Below are positions 28,451 to 39,935 of a stretch of 64,000 bases of DNA, piece after piece; positions within the stretch are counted from its first letter, which is position 1; every line of letters starts with the position of its first letter. Position numbers and translations under genes: made by a program. Below the pieces are notes generated by a model that saw only the letters and a list, made by a program, of their open reading frames with translations, did not search any database and was not told the DNA's origin. This DNA is from Eledone cirrhosa. Its lineage: Eukaryota. The stretch is from positions 7,006,001 through 7,070,000 of the forward strand of contig OZ024744.1 of assembly GCA_964016885.1 (NCBI GenBank), read 5' to 3'.

Positions 28451-31400
28451 TGTTTTCTTTATTAACCACAAGGGTTTACATAAAGTAGACATTAAGGACA
28501 GTACAGGACAATACAGGATGGTACTAATGGGCATTTCTGCGTGTAAAAAACAAAAACAGAGGATGTAGCAGAAAAAATAACAATGAAAAATTCCCCAATA
28601 CGGTGGAGACTTCCGAGGGACATTCGTGGAGAAACCTCATTAAAAAGCCACAGTGACCCTGACCACCAGGGCAAGTGCCCTCTCCCAGTTTTCCACCTTT
28701 AATTTACAGACATATACTCAGAGTAGGCCCATTCACTCGGGCCATTCTTGCCTCTCACCCATCTTTCAACAAAATGCTGGGAAGAGAGCACTTCCCTCTC
28801 TACCCTGATTTTCCTTTTCAAATGAAATTTGAAAAAGTTAATCAGGGCATCACCGAAGAGGTAAGTGCTCGTCTTCAACCCTTTCAAACGTGTCCACCAT
28901 ACTATCTATTTCGCCATGGCCACCAGACAGATAAAAACTGCCTGCCCTTCCCGGCTAAAGGAAGGGGGCGGGGCAATCCTCACGATGGACTCAGCTGATA
29001 GCTGGATCCGTCCTACACGCGACAGCAGGTGTTCGACATAAACCCACAAGTCATCAATGCTCGGACACTGTACGAGTGCGTGCAGGACGGTTTCGTCGCC
29101 CTGCGCGCATCTCGGACATGCCCGGCTGACGGCACCTCCATGCCTGTAGAGTTTATCCCGAACTGGCAAAGCTCCTCGGTAGCACTGCCAGGCCAGGGAT
29201 TTCTGCAAGTTGTCCATAGGCCCCGACCCGAAAGTTCTCCCGAAGAGATTAGCTAGTTGATTTTCGTCGACGCCTAGAGTTACCCCAAGTACGTCGTCGC
29301 TCTTCCCCTCCACTAATCCTCTATGGAACGCCAAGGTGGAGTTTTCACCGATCACATTGCCCGATTGGTCGAGGTCTGTGAGCGCCTGAAGATATTCCAG
29401 TCTCCAAGCGCTCCCTCTCGGTCTTCGCTTGACCCAGGACTGCAGCTCCTTCAAGGTGACGAGCTGGAGAAATACGCATCTAGCAAACGGCGACCACACC
29501 TGATTACCGTCGAAGAAAAGGTGCAGATGTCGTAGCCTGAGCGCGTGTCTACGCATCATCAGCCACGGCATGCCCAGCCCTCCACGTAGCGGGTGTTGAC
29601 AGCAGATGGACCGCCTGGCCATCGGAGCGCGTCCCTTCCACAAAAAGCGAAAGAGCAAACGCTCCAGCGCAGTCAGGCGGGGCTTAGGACAAGGTACGAC
29701 GGTCAGGCGGTAGTAGATGACGGACGCGATATACGCGTTAGCCACCTCCGCTCGACCTTTCAGGGATAGCTTCCTCTCCGCCCATTTCTGGGTGAGAGAA
29801 GCCACCCTATTCGTCACCTCGTCCCAGTTTTCGTCCGTCTGGAGATCCGGACCGAACCAGACCCCGAGCAATTTAACTGATCCGTCCGTCCAGCGCCCGA
29901 CGACGCTGTGGACGGCATGGACCTGCCTCTCCAGGTGCCGAGCTGCAGGCCCACTGACTTTTCCTGGTTGATCATTGCTCCTGTCACCGCTTCGTATTCT
30001 TTTAGTGTAGTGCCGATCGCCTCGATGTGTTTGGCGTTCGACACCACTACGGTGACATCGTCCGCATATGTTGACACGGATCTTCCGCACCCTAGTTCGC
30101 GCGGGACCCCCCTCAACGTCTCCAGTTTGTGCAGTAATGGCTCGAGAGTCAATACGTACAAGAGGGACGAGAGGGGACATCCTTGGCAGACCGAGCGCAT
30201 GATGTTGAACGGTTCTGAAAGGTGACCGTTCACTCTCACCACAGAGCAGATGTCGCTGTGCATGGCAGCGATCCAGCCTCTGAAGACGGGCCCAAAGCCA
30301 GCCGCTCTCAGGACTGCCGCTAGGTAACGATGGTCAACCCTATCGAAAGCTTTCGACTGATCTAAATTGATCAAGGACCCACCCGTGCCAGGGTCCCTAG
30401 CTACCCTCTCTACGATGTATCGCATGAGGTGGAGCTTGTCGTGGATGGATCTGTCGGGAATGGCGCATGTCTGCGCCTCTCCCACCAGACCACCAACGAC
30501 AACCTCTTTGCTACCACCTTGGCCAAAATCTTGAACTCTGTGTTTAGCAGAGTTATGGGCCTGAAATTATCTATGTTATCCCCATTGTTCGGATCCTTTC
30601 TCAGCAGTGCCACCGCTCCTCGGCTCATAGAGCTGGGAATTCTCCCATTCTGTTGCCAGTTGCAGTAGACGTCCGCCAAGAGGCCTCCGAACAAGTCTGG
30701 CATCTGTACGTAAAGTTCATAGGGCAGACCATCCAAACCAGGCGATTTACCCCTTGTGCAGCCAGTCATTGCTTCCCGCACTTCAGTTGCTTCTGTTGTT
30801 GCTGCTACACTTGTTGCTGCCATTTCTGATGCTGGTGGTGTTGATGGTTGAGTCACTGGGGTGGGTAAGAGAGGTGGCCTCAACCTTTTAGCCTCAGGGC
30901 AGAAAGCCGTTAGGTGGGTTCCTTCACCACAAACGACACACCTAGTCCTTCTGCCCTCGACGATTGCGGTGAGGTGGCTGGCGTCAGTGAGGTCTATTAC
31001 CTCTGGGATCTCCTCAATGCTTTTTTGGTCCGCTTGGATCAGGAGCTCCATCCCAGATCCGGACCAGTTCTCCTGCTTTTCTTTCGCTATTTCGATTATC
31101 TTGGTGTTGGCCTCGATGCCGCCGAGGACAGCAGCCATTAGCCCGGGAATTTCGATGGCCGGTGGAACGTGGTTCACCCTGATCTTCACGAGTCTCTGGC
31201 CACAATAGCTTGGGACGAGTGTGAAGTCGTCACTACTTAATGGGGTCATGGAGTGTTCTCTGGCCTCCTGTGGTGTTCCAAAGAACACGTCCACGGTTCC
31301 ATATTTCTGCGCTCGTCTGATGTGGGTTTTTTCCCCACACATGTCCCAAAGCTTTTTGGATTTGTGACTCGGATGCCCCTTCCACTCGGCGCGATTTTAT

Positions 31401-32162
31401 GTTAATCGTCCGATAAGACACAGTGCATAGGCGCCGATGCTCCATTTTATTTGGTGGCGGGGGGTGAGGCTGACCCTGTACCCATCTTTCTTTACCATTC
31501 TCTTGGCTTCACTAATTCCTCTTGAGTTACCTGGATTGCTTCGCACTTTTTTGCTGCTCTGGCAAAAGACAGGGTGGTTTTCTTATTCTCATTGTTGTTG
31601 TTGCTGTTGTTGTTATCGTTATTTTTGTTATTGTTATTTTTAGTTTCAGTGGTAGTGGTGGCGTCAGTGGTGTTCGGTGTGGAAGAGTCCATTCTGAGTG
31701 AATCCATTTCGATGTCACGAGATAATTTATTTTTTCTTTTGTTTCTTTTGTCGCTGTGGTGGTGGTGGGGGTGGCGGCTTCAACACCTGCAGTCATTGGT
31801 AATGGCGGGAAATGAATGTCTGCATGAGACAAATTTAAATTATTGCTACTGCTTATATTTTTAGTGTTGGCAAACGTAGTAATATTTACAATGGTGGTGT
31901 TGGTGTGAGGTGTTAGTTTGTGAGGAAGGTGTGACTGTGAGTCGTCCATGATTTTTTAAAAGAAATTTTTGTTTGATAATTATAAAAGTTTAAATTTTGG
32001 GCTCAAGGCCCCAATCTTTTTGAGTGTCCTTATCAGAAAACAATGTATGTGCATTTATATACAGTTAACAATAACAATTTTCCATAAATGGCAATTTTAA
32101 ACAACTGAAAATAACAAACCTTTGCAGAGCTCACGATGATACGATTTACTACGTAGGTCGCC
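28451..32162 (-). mobile_element. Tx1-clade non-LTR element, chimeric/deleted: divergent ORF1 joined to RT, endonuclease missing, frameshifted
   Basis: RT motifs SPGLDG, NFRPITLLN, LDQSKAFD, QGCPLS and YADD; C-terminal CPRC..H..C; ORF1 knuckle CVVCGEGTHLTAFC. The 3' end reads AATAAAGAAAACA-(TTA)n. (AAT)n at both ends. Confidence 0.92.
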
Positions 32163-32221
<59 letters not shown>

Positions 32222-32250
32222 GAAGAAGAAGAAGAAGAAGAAGGAGAAGA
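32163..32250. repeat. (AAT)n changing to (AAG)n microsatellite
   Basis: Read directly. Confidence 0.98.
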
Positions 32251-32959
32251 ACCCCCCCCCTCCTCTCCTCTGGCTACACTATATAGGACAGCTAAACTCA
32301 CCAACACCAGAAACTAGATACACCAACCACCCCATCATCTGTGTACACTAAACACAACAGCCAGATAACGTCATTTTCACCTTCACCGCCACCGCTCACT
32401 ACGGCCATCATTACCACCACTATCCCATCACCGCCGCCACCACCCCTTGACTCCTTCACTACTGCCACCGCTACAGCACCATCACTACAGTAATACGGTC
32501 ACATCACCGCCACCACTGCCTCGGTATCGACATCACCACCACCACTGTCTCAGTATGGCTACCGCCGCCAGTCTTCCACTTCTCCCTGCTGGCTGCTACT
32601 TCCACATTATAGAATTCCTACTACTAACAAAGAGGAAGGCATCAAAATATATAGATAGACTCAAAAGAAAAAAGAAAAAACAAACAACAAAACCAAAGCA
32701 GCACAGCAACAACAGCAAAAACGAGAAAAACAAACAGAGAAAAACAAAAACAAAAAAAGAAACCCCAAAAACGTAAAGAAAATAAGAATGAAGAGAGAAG
32801 CAGGCGGACGGACAGAGAAGAGGGGGGAAAAAGTAAAACTTAAAAAACAAAAACTAAGTCAGACATTCGAACACTACATTACAATGAAACTTATGCTTAT
32901 TCATTTTTGGGGCCCTTTCTGCCTGTGTGTTTGTTTGTTTATGTGTGTTCGTATACAGC

Positions 32960-35900
32960 GTGGTGATAATGCCACACAAGGGCCAAGTGGGATGGCGGAT
33001 CCACAGATGGCTATGTAACTATACATTCGCCAATCCTCGATAAGAGTGTTTAAATATCGAACATAAACAGTTCGAATAACGGTGAAATGGAGACTAGAAC
33101 GTCATGTGACAGACTCTCACCCAACAGGTGCCCCCTGGCTCAGCAGCAGGAACCTGACTGTCAACCAAATACTGCTGATGTTGGAGGAAGAAGAAGAAGG
33201 AAAGGGGCCAGAACCAACTGGACGAAAGAATTGAATAGAACTGTTATGCAATGCTACCTGAAAAGTAACCCCAAGGAGAGGGGCTACAGGAGACGGATGC
33301 ATAACATCTGGAACGAGATTGGTTTATTTAAATTAGATGAACAAAAATTGGCCGGGCAGGCTCGGGTAATAAGAACTAATGGGTGGTTAAGCGAGCTGGA
33401 ACTGGAGGAACTGAGCAGAGAGAATGGCTTGGAGATGGCGGGTGTGGTATGCCAGACAAGCGAGCCGGTGGGAAATGAAGGTGAGGAGGTCCTGAGAACG
33501 GAGGAACCACCCGAAGCAGACAATGATCTGAATACTGAGATAAATAATACATGGAACAGAGATACGGCCACTGAGGAGATGAATGCTGACGGGCTAGGAC
33601 AAGATTCGGTTGACATCCTAAATTTAGTGGTAGATGAATTAAACAATGATAGTGGGAGACCTATGAACCTAAGATTTGTAGACAGGAAAAAGTTAAAAGA
33701 AACAACAGCTAAGGTAAACAAAGTCATCCCATACCTTGAGGCGAGGAGCCTTCACCAGTGCAACAATATCCTCAAAGCAACAGCAAATACGGTGAGGAAA
33801 CTACTTGGTATAAAAGCGAGAGGAAACAACAGACAAGAAAGAGCAGAGCCGTGGTGGAAGAAGCGACTGAGTGGGCAAATCGGGGAAATGAGAAATGACA
33901 TAGGAAAGCTTGAGTCACTACTGAATGGGACACTAAAAAACATAGGCACTAAAAATAGACTGGAAATAAAATACAAAACTAGGAGTAAAAAGTTAAATAT
34001 TATCATAGAGGAATTGAAGCAACGCATTGTAGCAAAGAGTGCAAAAATCAGGCGATACGAGAACAGAGTCAGTCAGTATAAACAGAACCGCATGTTCGAC
34101 AACAACCAGAAGATGCTGTTTGGACAGCTTGAGGGGAAAGAAAGAGGCAACGACTTGATCCCTGGGGCGGAACAAACTAAAACATTCTGGAGAGGAATAT
34201 GGGAGCAGGATGTTAGACACAATGCCCAGGCAGGGTGGATTGAGACAGTACAGAGGGAGATCGGTGAGCAGGCACAACAACAGACTGATTTGAGTATCAC
34301 AGTTGAAACTCTTAAGGGGCAAGCCAAAAAACTAACCAACTGGAAATCACCAGGCCCAGATGGTGTGCAGGGGTATTGGATTAAACATTTAACATCCCTC
34401 CACCCGAAGCTGACGGCCATGTTCAATGACTGCTTGGTGTCGGGTGAGGTGCCAGAGTGGTTGACAAAAGGTACCACAGTTCTGATAATGAAAGACCGAA
34501 TCAAGGGTAATGATGTTACCAACTATAGACCTATCACATGTCTGCCCGTAATGTGGAAACTGTTGACGAGCATTGTGTCTGAGGAAATCTACCATGACCT
34601 CCACACAAACAACTTGTTACCGGACGAACAGAAAGGATGCCGAAAGAAGTCACGTGGTACAAAGGACCAGTTGCTTATTGATAAGATGGTAATGGGGAAT
34701 TGCAGGAGGAGACACACTGATCTTGCCATGGGATGGATAGACTACAGAAAGGCATTTGACATGGTGCCTCATTCCTGGATCACCAAAAGCCTGGAGATCT
34801 TCAGGGTGGCAGATAACATCAGACAGTTGCTGGGCAGGAGTATGGGGTCCTGGGAGACAGAGTTGACATCAACTGGAGTATCCTTGGGAAGCGTGAAGAT
34901 CAAGAGAGGTATCTTCCAGGGAGATAGCCTGTCCCCTCTGTTGTTTGTCCTTGCCCTGATGCCCTTGACCATTATGCTGCGAAAAGTGAGAGCAGGATAC
35001 AAGTTGGGAAGGGGAGAGCTTACCATCAATCACCTCCTCTTCATGGACGATCTTAAGCTCTTCGGGAAAAGTGAGAAGGAGTTGGATGTGCTTGTTGACA
35101 CTGTCCGTATTTTCAGCAGTGATATATGTATGCAGTTTGGTATTGGTAAATGTGGAGTCATTGTGATGAAGAGGGGTAGGTTGAGCAGAAGTAACGGGAT
35201 CCAGATACCAACAGGTGAGATGATAAAGGAAATTGACTCTGAGGAAGGATACAAGTATTTGGGCGTTCTGGAGGCTGATGGCATAAAGAACAAAAAAATG
35301 AAGGAATTGTTAAGAACTGAATACATTCGGAGAGTAAGGAGCGTATTGAAGTCACATCTAAACAGCAGAAATGCCATAAGCGCAGTAAATTCCCGAGCTG
35401 TGTCTATTATTAGGTACAGTGCGGGAATTCTGAGATGGAATGTTGCTGAACAAAAAGAAATGGATAGGAAGACTAGGAAGCTATTGACTATCTACAACAT
35501 GTTCCACAAGAGGAGTGATGTCGATAGACTCTACCTAAGGAGATCTGAGGGTGGAAGAGGTCTTATCAGCATAGAGGACTGTGTTCAGATGGAGAAAAAC
35601 AACCTATACAAATACGTGACCTATAGTAAGGAGCCAATGCTCAGAACTGTACTGAAGGAGGGGACAGTAGGCCAGGGGATGTCCAAGGAGGAAATAACAT
35701 CAAGGAAGAAGAGCAGCCTTAAGGGAAAATCCCTTCATAGTACCTTCTTTGAGAAAACTGAATTTAGAGATCCACAGACATGGAACTGGTTGAGAAGAGG
35801 AGACCTCAAAAAGGCTACAGAAGGAATGCTAATGGCTGCGCAGGAGCAGGCCCTCAAAACGAAGTGGTTGAAGCACCATATCTACAAGGAGGAGGCTAGC

Positions 35901-36553
35901 CCACTGTGCAGGATCTGTGGAGAGAGAGAGGAGACTGTGGCTCACATTGTGTCCGAGTGTAAACACCTAGCCCAGACCCACTATAAGGGCTGGAGACACG
36001 ATGTGATGGGCAGGGTGATCCACTGGCACCTGTGCAAAGTAAACAATCTACCACATTCTGAGAAATGGTATGAGCATAGGCCAGAGGCGGTGATGGAGAA
36101 CAATCAGGTGAAGGTGCTGTGGGATTTTAGGATACAGACGGACAAAAAACTTGAACACAATAGACCTGACCAGGTGGTTGTGGACAAAGAAAAAAGATCG
36201 TGCCTGATTGTGGATGTGGCCTGCCCGTTCGACACGAGAGTGCAAGAGAAGGAGAGGGAGAAAATTAACCGATACCAGGACCTAAAGTGGGAGGTGAAAA
36301 GGATTTGGAACTGCCATGAAGTCAAAGTGATCCCGATTGTCATAGGCGCACTGGGGACTATCTCCAAAAGTTTCCAGGGATGGTTAAAGAAAATCGGCCC
36401 CTTCACGCTTTTTGGAACGCTTCAAAAGGTATGCTTGCTTGGAACAGCAAGAACCCTCCGATACGTCCTGAATATCTGAGGCTGCAGGTAGTGGCTTGAT
36501 ATTCAATCCAACGGACTTTCCAGTTAACCAACATCAATGACTGAGATTCAAGG
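32960..36553 (+). mobile_element. Family A R4/Dong-like element with complete ORF (5' boundary uncertain, somewhere in 32251-33086)
   Basis: Intact ORF and a ~74-nt 3'UTR ending ...GAGATTCAAGG followed by (AAT)n. There is no second 5' copy to define the start. Confidence 0.85.
33087..36479 (+). CDS. Intact 1130-aa R4/Dong-clade retrotransposon protein (Myb-like N-terminus, RT, CCHC, restriction-like endonuclease), family A
   Basis: N-terminal WTKELN..CY..W..LAGQAR. RT motifs SPGPDG, NYRPITCL, WIDYRKAFD, GIFQGDSLSP, FMDD and YKYLG. CRIC-x8-H-x4-C knuckle, RHD, and PD..D..K of the RLE. Confidence 0.96.
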   Translation: METRTSCDRLSPNRCPLAQQQEPDCQPNTADVGGRRRRKGARTNWTKELNRTVMQCYLKSNPKERGYRRRMHNIWNEIGLFKLDEQKLAGQARVIRTNGWLSELELEELSRENGLEMAGVVCQTSEPVGNEGEEVLRTEEPPEADNDLNTEINNTWNRDTATEEMNADGLGQDSVDILNLVVDELNNDSGRPMNLRFVDRKKLKETTAKVNKVIPYLEARSLHQCNNILKATANTVRKLLGIKARGNNRQERAEPWWKKRLSGQIGEMRNDIGKLESLLNGTLKNIGTKNRLEIKYKTRSKKLNIIIEELKQRIVAKSAKIRRYENRVSQYKQNRMFDNNQKMLFGQLEGKERGNDLIPGAEQTKTFWRGIWEQDVRHNAQAGWIETVQREIGEQAQQQTDLSITVETLKGQAKKLTNWKSPGPDGVQGYWIKHLTSLHPKLTAMFNDCLVSGEVPEWLTKGTTVLIMKDRIKGNDVTNYRPITCLPVMWKLLTSIVSEEIYHDLHTNNLLPDEQKGCRKKSRGTKDQLLIDKMVMGNCRRRHTDLAMGWIDYRKAFDMVPHSWITKSLEIFRVADNIRQLLGRSMGSWETELTSTGVSLGSVKIKRGIFQGDSLSPLLFVLALMPLTIMLRKVRAGYKLGRGELTINHLLFMDDLKLFGKSEKELDVLVDTVRIFSSDICMQFGIGKCGVIVMKRGRLSRSNGIQIPTGEMIKEIDSEEGYKYLGVLEADGIKNKKMKELLRTEYIRRVRSVLKSHLNSRNAISAVNSRAVSIIRYSAGILRWNVAEQKEMDRKTRKLLTIYNMFHKRSDVDRLYLRRSEGGRGLISIEDCVQMEKNNLYKYVTYSKEPMLRTVLKEGTVGQGMSKEEITSRKKSSLKGKSLHSTFFEKTEFRDPQTWNWLRRGDLKKATEGMLMAAQEQALKTKWLKHHIYKEEASPLCRICGEREETVAHIVSECKHLAQTHYKGWRHDVMGRVIHWHLCKVNNLPHSEKWYEHRPEAVMENNQVKVLWDFRIQTDKKLEHNRPDQVVVDKEKRSCLIVDVACPFDTRVQEKEREKINRYQDLKWEVKRIWNCHEVKVIPIVIGALGTISKSFQGWLKKIGPFTLFGTLQKVCLLGTARTLRYVLNI

Positions 36554-36579
36554 AATAATAATAATAATAATAATAATAA
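36554..36579. repeat. (AAT)n junction between A and B copies
   Basis: Read directly. Confidence 0.98.
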
Positions 36580-37095
36580 CATCTCAATCTTGTGGAACTT
36601 TAGCATCCAAACAGACCGAAAAATAGATGCAAATAGACCTGATATAATACTGAAGGACTTTAAAAAGAGGGTATGCCTGCTAATTGATATGTCCGTTCCA
36701 ATAGACAAGAATGTATCTATAAAAATATTTGAAAAATTGAGCAAGTATAAAGATCCGGAGACAGAAATTGGAAAAAAATGTGGAAATTGAGAACTAAAAC
36801 AATACCAGTGGTTGTAGGCGCTCTAGGAATGATACCTAAGGGGTCTAATGATTACTTATCGCAAATCCCAGGAAACCCGTGTATAGGAGAAATACAAAAG
36901 ATAGTACTAATGGAAACTGCCCATATACTAAGGAAGATTCTGTCAATATAAGTACATCACAATTCTAAACACCTAAAGATGCATGTGTGTGTATGTATGT
37001 TCTTTCTTGAACATAGCGGACCTTGTTGTCTCTTGAGGTCACTGGTTGTGACTTGGTGATAACTCGTATGAACATAAAGCAAGATAAATGAAACT
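36580..37095 (+). mobile_element. Family B 3' fragment (end of RLE plus 3'UTR), frameshifted
   Basis: ISILWNFSIQTDRKIDANRPD; matches 39418-39933. (AAT)n on both sides. Confidence 0.95.
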
Positions 37096-37098
37096 ATA

Positions 37099-37148
<50 letters not shown>

Positions 37149-37151
37149 TTA
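37096..37151. repeat. (AAT)n junction
   Basis: Read directly. Confidence 0.97.
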
Positions 37152-39935
37152 ATGAAAAGAAAATACAGTATAAAATCAACAAGTGACATAGACATGCTGA
37201 TAGAAATAATCAAGCAAAAAGTGTCGGCCAAAGCTGCTCGTATAAGGCGCTTTGAAAAACGATCTAGATTCTATAAGGACAATAATATGTTCAAAAACAA
37301 CCAAAGAAACTTCTACAGAAAAATTGGTAATTCAACAATAACTGCTAAATCAATACCACCCAAGGAGGAAGTGCAAGAATTCTGTGAAAAATTCTGTGCC
37401 GAAGAAAAAGTTCATAATTTACATGCCCCATGGATAGAAAGACAAATGAAAGATACAGCTCACCTTAAGGAACAAATATGGGAAAATATAACAGTTGAAC
37501 AGTTGCGTTTGGCTCTAAGAAAAACCAGCAAATGGAAATCCCCAGGAAAAGACAAAATACCAAATTTTTGGATGAATGCCTTCACAGAGTCTCTTGAGCT
37601 GTTAGCCCAACTTTACAATGAAATAGTTAAGGAGCCAGAAAAGATACCATCATGGCTAGTTAACGGCATTACATTCCTGCTTCCGAAGAATGATGAGACA
37701 AACAATCCCAAAAATTACAGACCGATAACTTGCTTGATCACAATGTATAACATTTTAACATCAGTCCTAACTGAATATACATATGACCACCTAATAACAA
37801 ATGACCTATTTCCCATTGAGCAGAAAGGGTGTAAACGAGGCTCATATGGCTGTAAGGATCAGCTTCTGGTTAACAAAATGATACTGGAAGATTGTCATAA
37901 TAGACACAAAAATCTATCAATTGCTTGGATAGATTATAAAAAAGCATTCGATAGTTTGCCACACAGTTGGATTGAAAAATGTTTAGAGATTTTCAAAATA
38001 TCTCCCGTTGTCAGGAGGTTTTTATCATTCAGTATGAAGACATGGAAAACGACACTCCTTTTGAATAGTGAAACAAAATCACTGGAAGCTGGAGAAGTTA
38101 ATATTAATTGTGGAATTTTTCAGGGTCACTCTTTATCACCGCCTTTATTCTACATCGCACTTATACCATTAAGTAAAATGCTCAATGAAACAAAACATGG
38201 ATATAAAGTCTATGACAAAACCATTAATCACTTGTTCTACATGGATAACCTGAAACTATTTGCAAAAAATGAGGAACAATTGCAAGGGCTATTATCCACT
38301 GTGGAGCAGTTAAGTGATGACATTAAAATGGAGTTTGGACGAGATAAATGCGCCAAAGCAACGTTCACCAGAGGAAAGCTGCTGAAAAGTTCAGACATTA
38401 ATCTTGATCGGGGGAATGTGATAAGAGAACTTGATCAAGAGGAAACTTACAAATATCTAGGTGTTTGTGAAGGAGACGGAATCAAGCACTCGATAATGAG
38501 GGAAAGGATAAGGAAGGAATGTTACCGCAGAGTAAGAGCAATCTTAAGAACGGAATTGAATGCAAGGAATAGGATCGATGCCATAAACACGCTTGCCATA
38601 CCAGTAGTAACCTACAGTTACAATGTCGTCAACTGGTCAAGCACAGAGATCCGTAGGCTCGATACAAAAATTCGAAAATTCTTAACCATGCACAGAATGC
38701 ATCACCCTAAGGCAGATATAGATAGAATATATCTCCCTAGGAAAGAAGGAGGACGTGGGTTAATCCAGTTAGATATTGAGTTGAAAACTGCAACAATTGG
38801 ATTATCTACATATCTAAGGGAATCACATGATTGGATGATCATACTCGTTTTGAAACACAAAAGCATCAAAAGATCATACTCCATTACAAAAGATGCACAA
38901 ATATACAGTAATGGACTACAAATTTCAGAAGTCCCATTTACTGCTGAAATGGAAAACACAGAAAAAGCAAAGCAGGTAAAAGTAACTGCAAGGAAAGAAC
39001 TGCTACACAAACTGGCTAAGAAATGGCAAGAAAAGCCTCTGTATGGAAAATACCCAGAGCGAGCTAACAATCCTGATGTTGACAAAACCTTAACCCATCA
39101 GTGGTTGGCATCCTCTGGACTGAAATCGGAGACTGAAGGACTGATTATATCAGCACAAGATCAGTGTCTGCCAACAAAAAGTTACCAAGCCAACATAATA
39201 AAAAATGGATGCAGCCCATTATGCCGTGTATGCAAAAAACAACCAGAGACCATTGACCATATAATTTCAATGCGCAGTCCTATAGCTCCAACCGAATACC
39301 TAAACAGGCATGACAGAGCTGCACAATACATACATTGGATAATGTGTAAGCATTTTGACCTGCCCCATCAAAAGAATTGGTGGGAGCATCAACCAGCTCC
39401 CATACTTGAAAAAGATCACATCTCAATCTTGTGGAACTTTAGCATCCAAACAGACCGAAAAATAGATGCAAATAGACCTGATATAATATTGAAGGACTTT
39501 AAAAAGAGGGTATGCCTGCTAATTGATATGTCCGTTCCAATAGACAAGAATGTATCTATAAAAACATTTGAAAAATTGAGCAAGTATAAGGACCTGGAGA
39601 TAGAAATTGGAAAAATGTGGAAATTGAGAACTAAAACAATACCAGTGGTTGTAGGCGCTCTAGGAATGATACCTAAGGGGTCTAATGATTACTTATCGCA
39701 AATCCCAGGAAACCCGCGTATAGGGGAAATACAAAAGATAGTACTAATGGGAACTGCCCATATACTAAGGAAGATTCTGTCAATATAAGTACATCACAAG
39801 TCTAAACACCTAAAGATGCATGTGTGTGTATGTATGTTCTTTCTTGAACATAGCGGACCTTGTTGTCTCTTGAGGTCACTGGTTGTGACTTGGTGATAAC
39901 TCGTATGAACATAAAGCAAGATAAATGCAACTGTA
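37152..39935 (+). pseudogene. Family B 5'-truncated copy; open 878-aa frame (37152..39788) but probably inactive
   Basis: RT and RLE motifs are present, but with FYMDN (DD>DN), QGHSLSP (D>H) and the last knuckle Cys changed to Arg. The ATG is created by the AAT junction; the native codon is TTG (cf. 61290). Confidence 0.9.

Noticed and set aside
32251-33086. His/Pro- and Lys-rich ORFs and a possible HDV-like ribozyme upstream of family A
   Set aside because: Low-complexity sequence. Only a simple GGCGGAT/ATTCGCC hairpin was seen, with no nested double pseudoknot.
33087-39788. Prokaryotic RT system (retron, DGR, group II intron) or R2 in rDNA
   Set aside because: The RT-CCHC-RLE layout, 5' truncations and TAA flanks indicate R4/Dong non-LTR elements; there is no rRNA sequence in the flanks.
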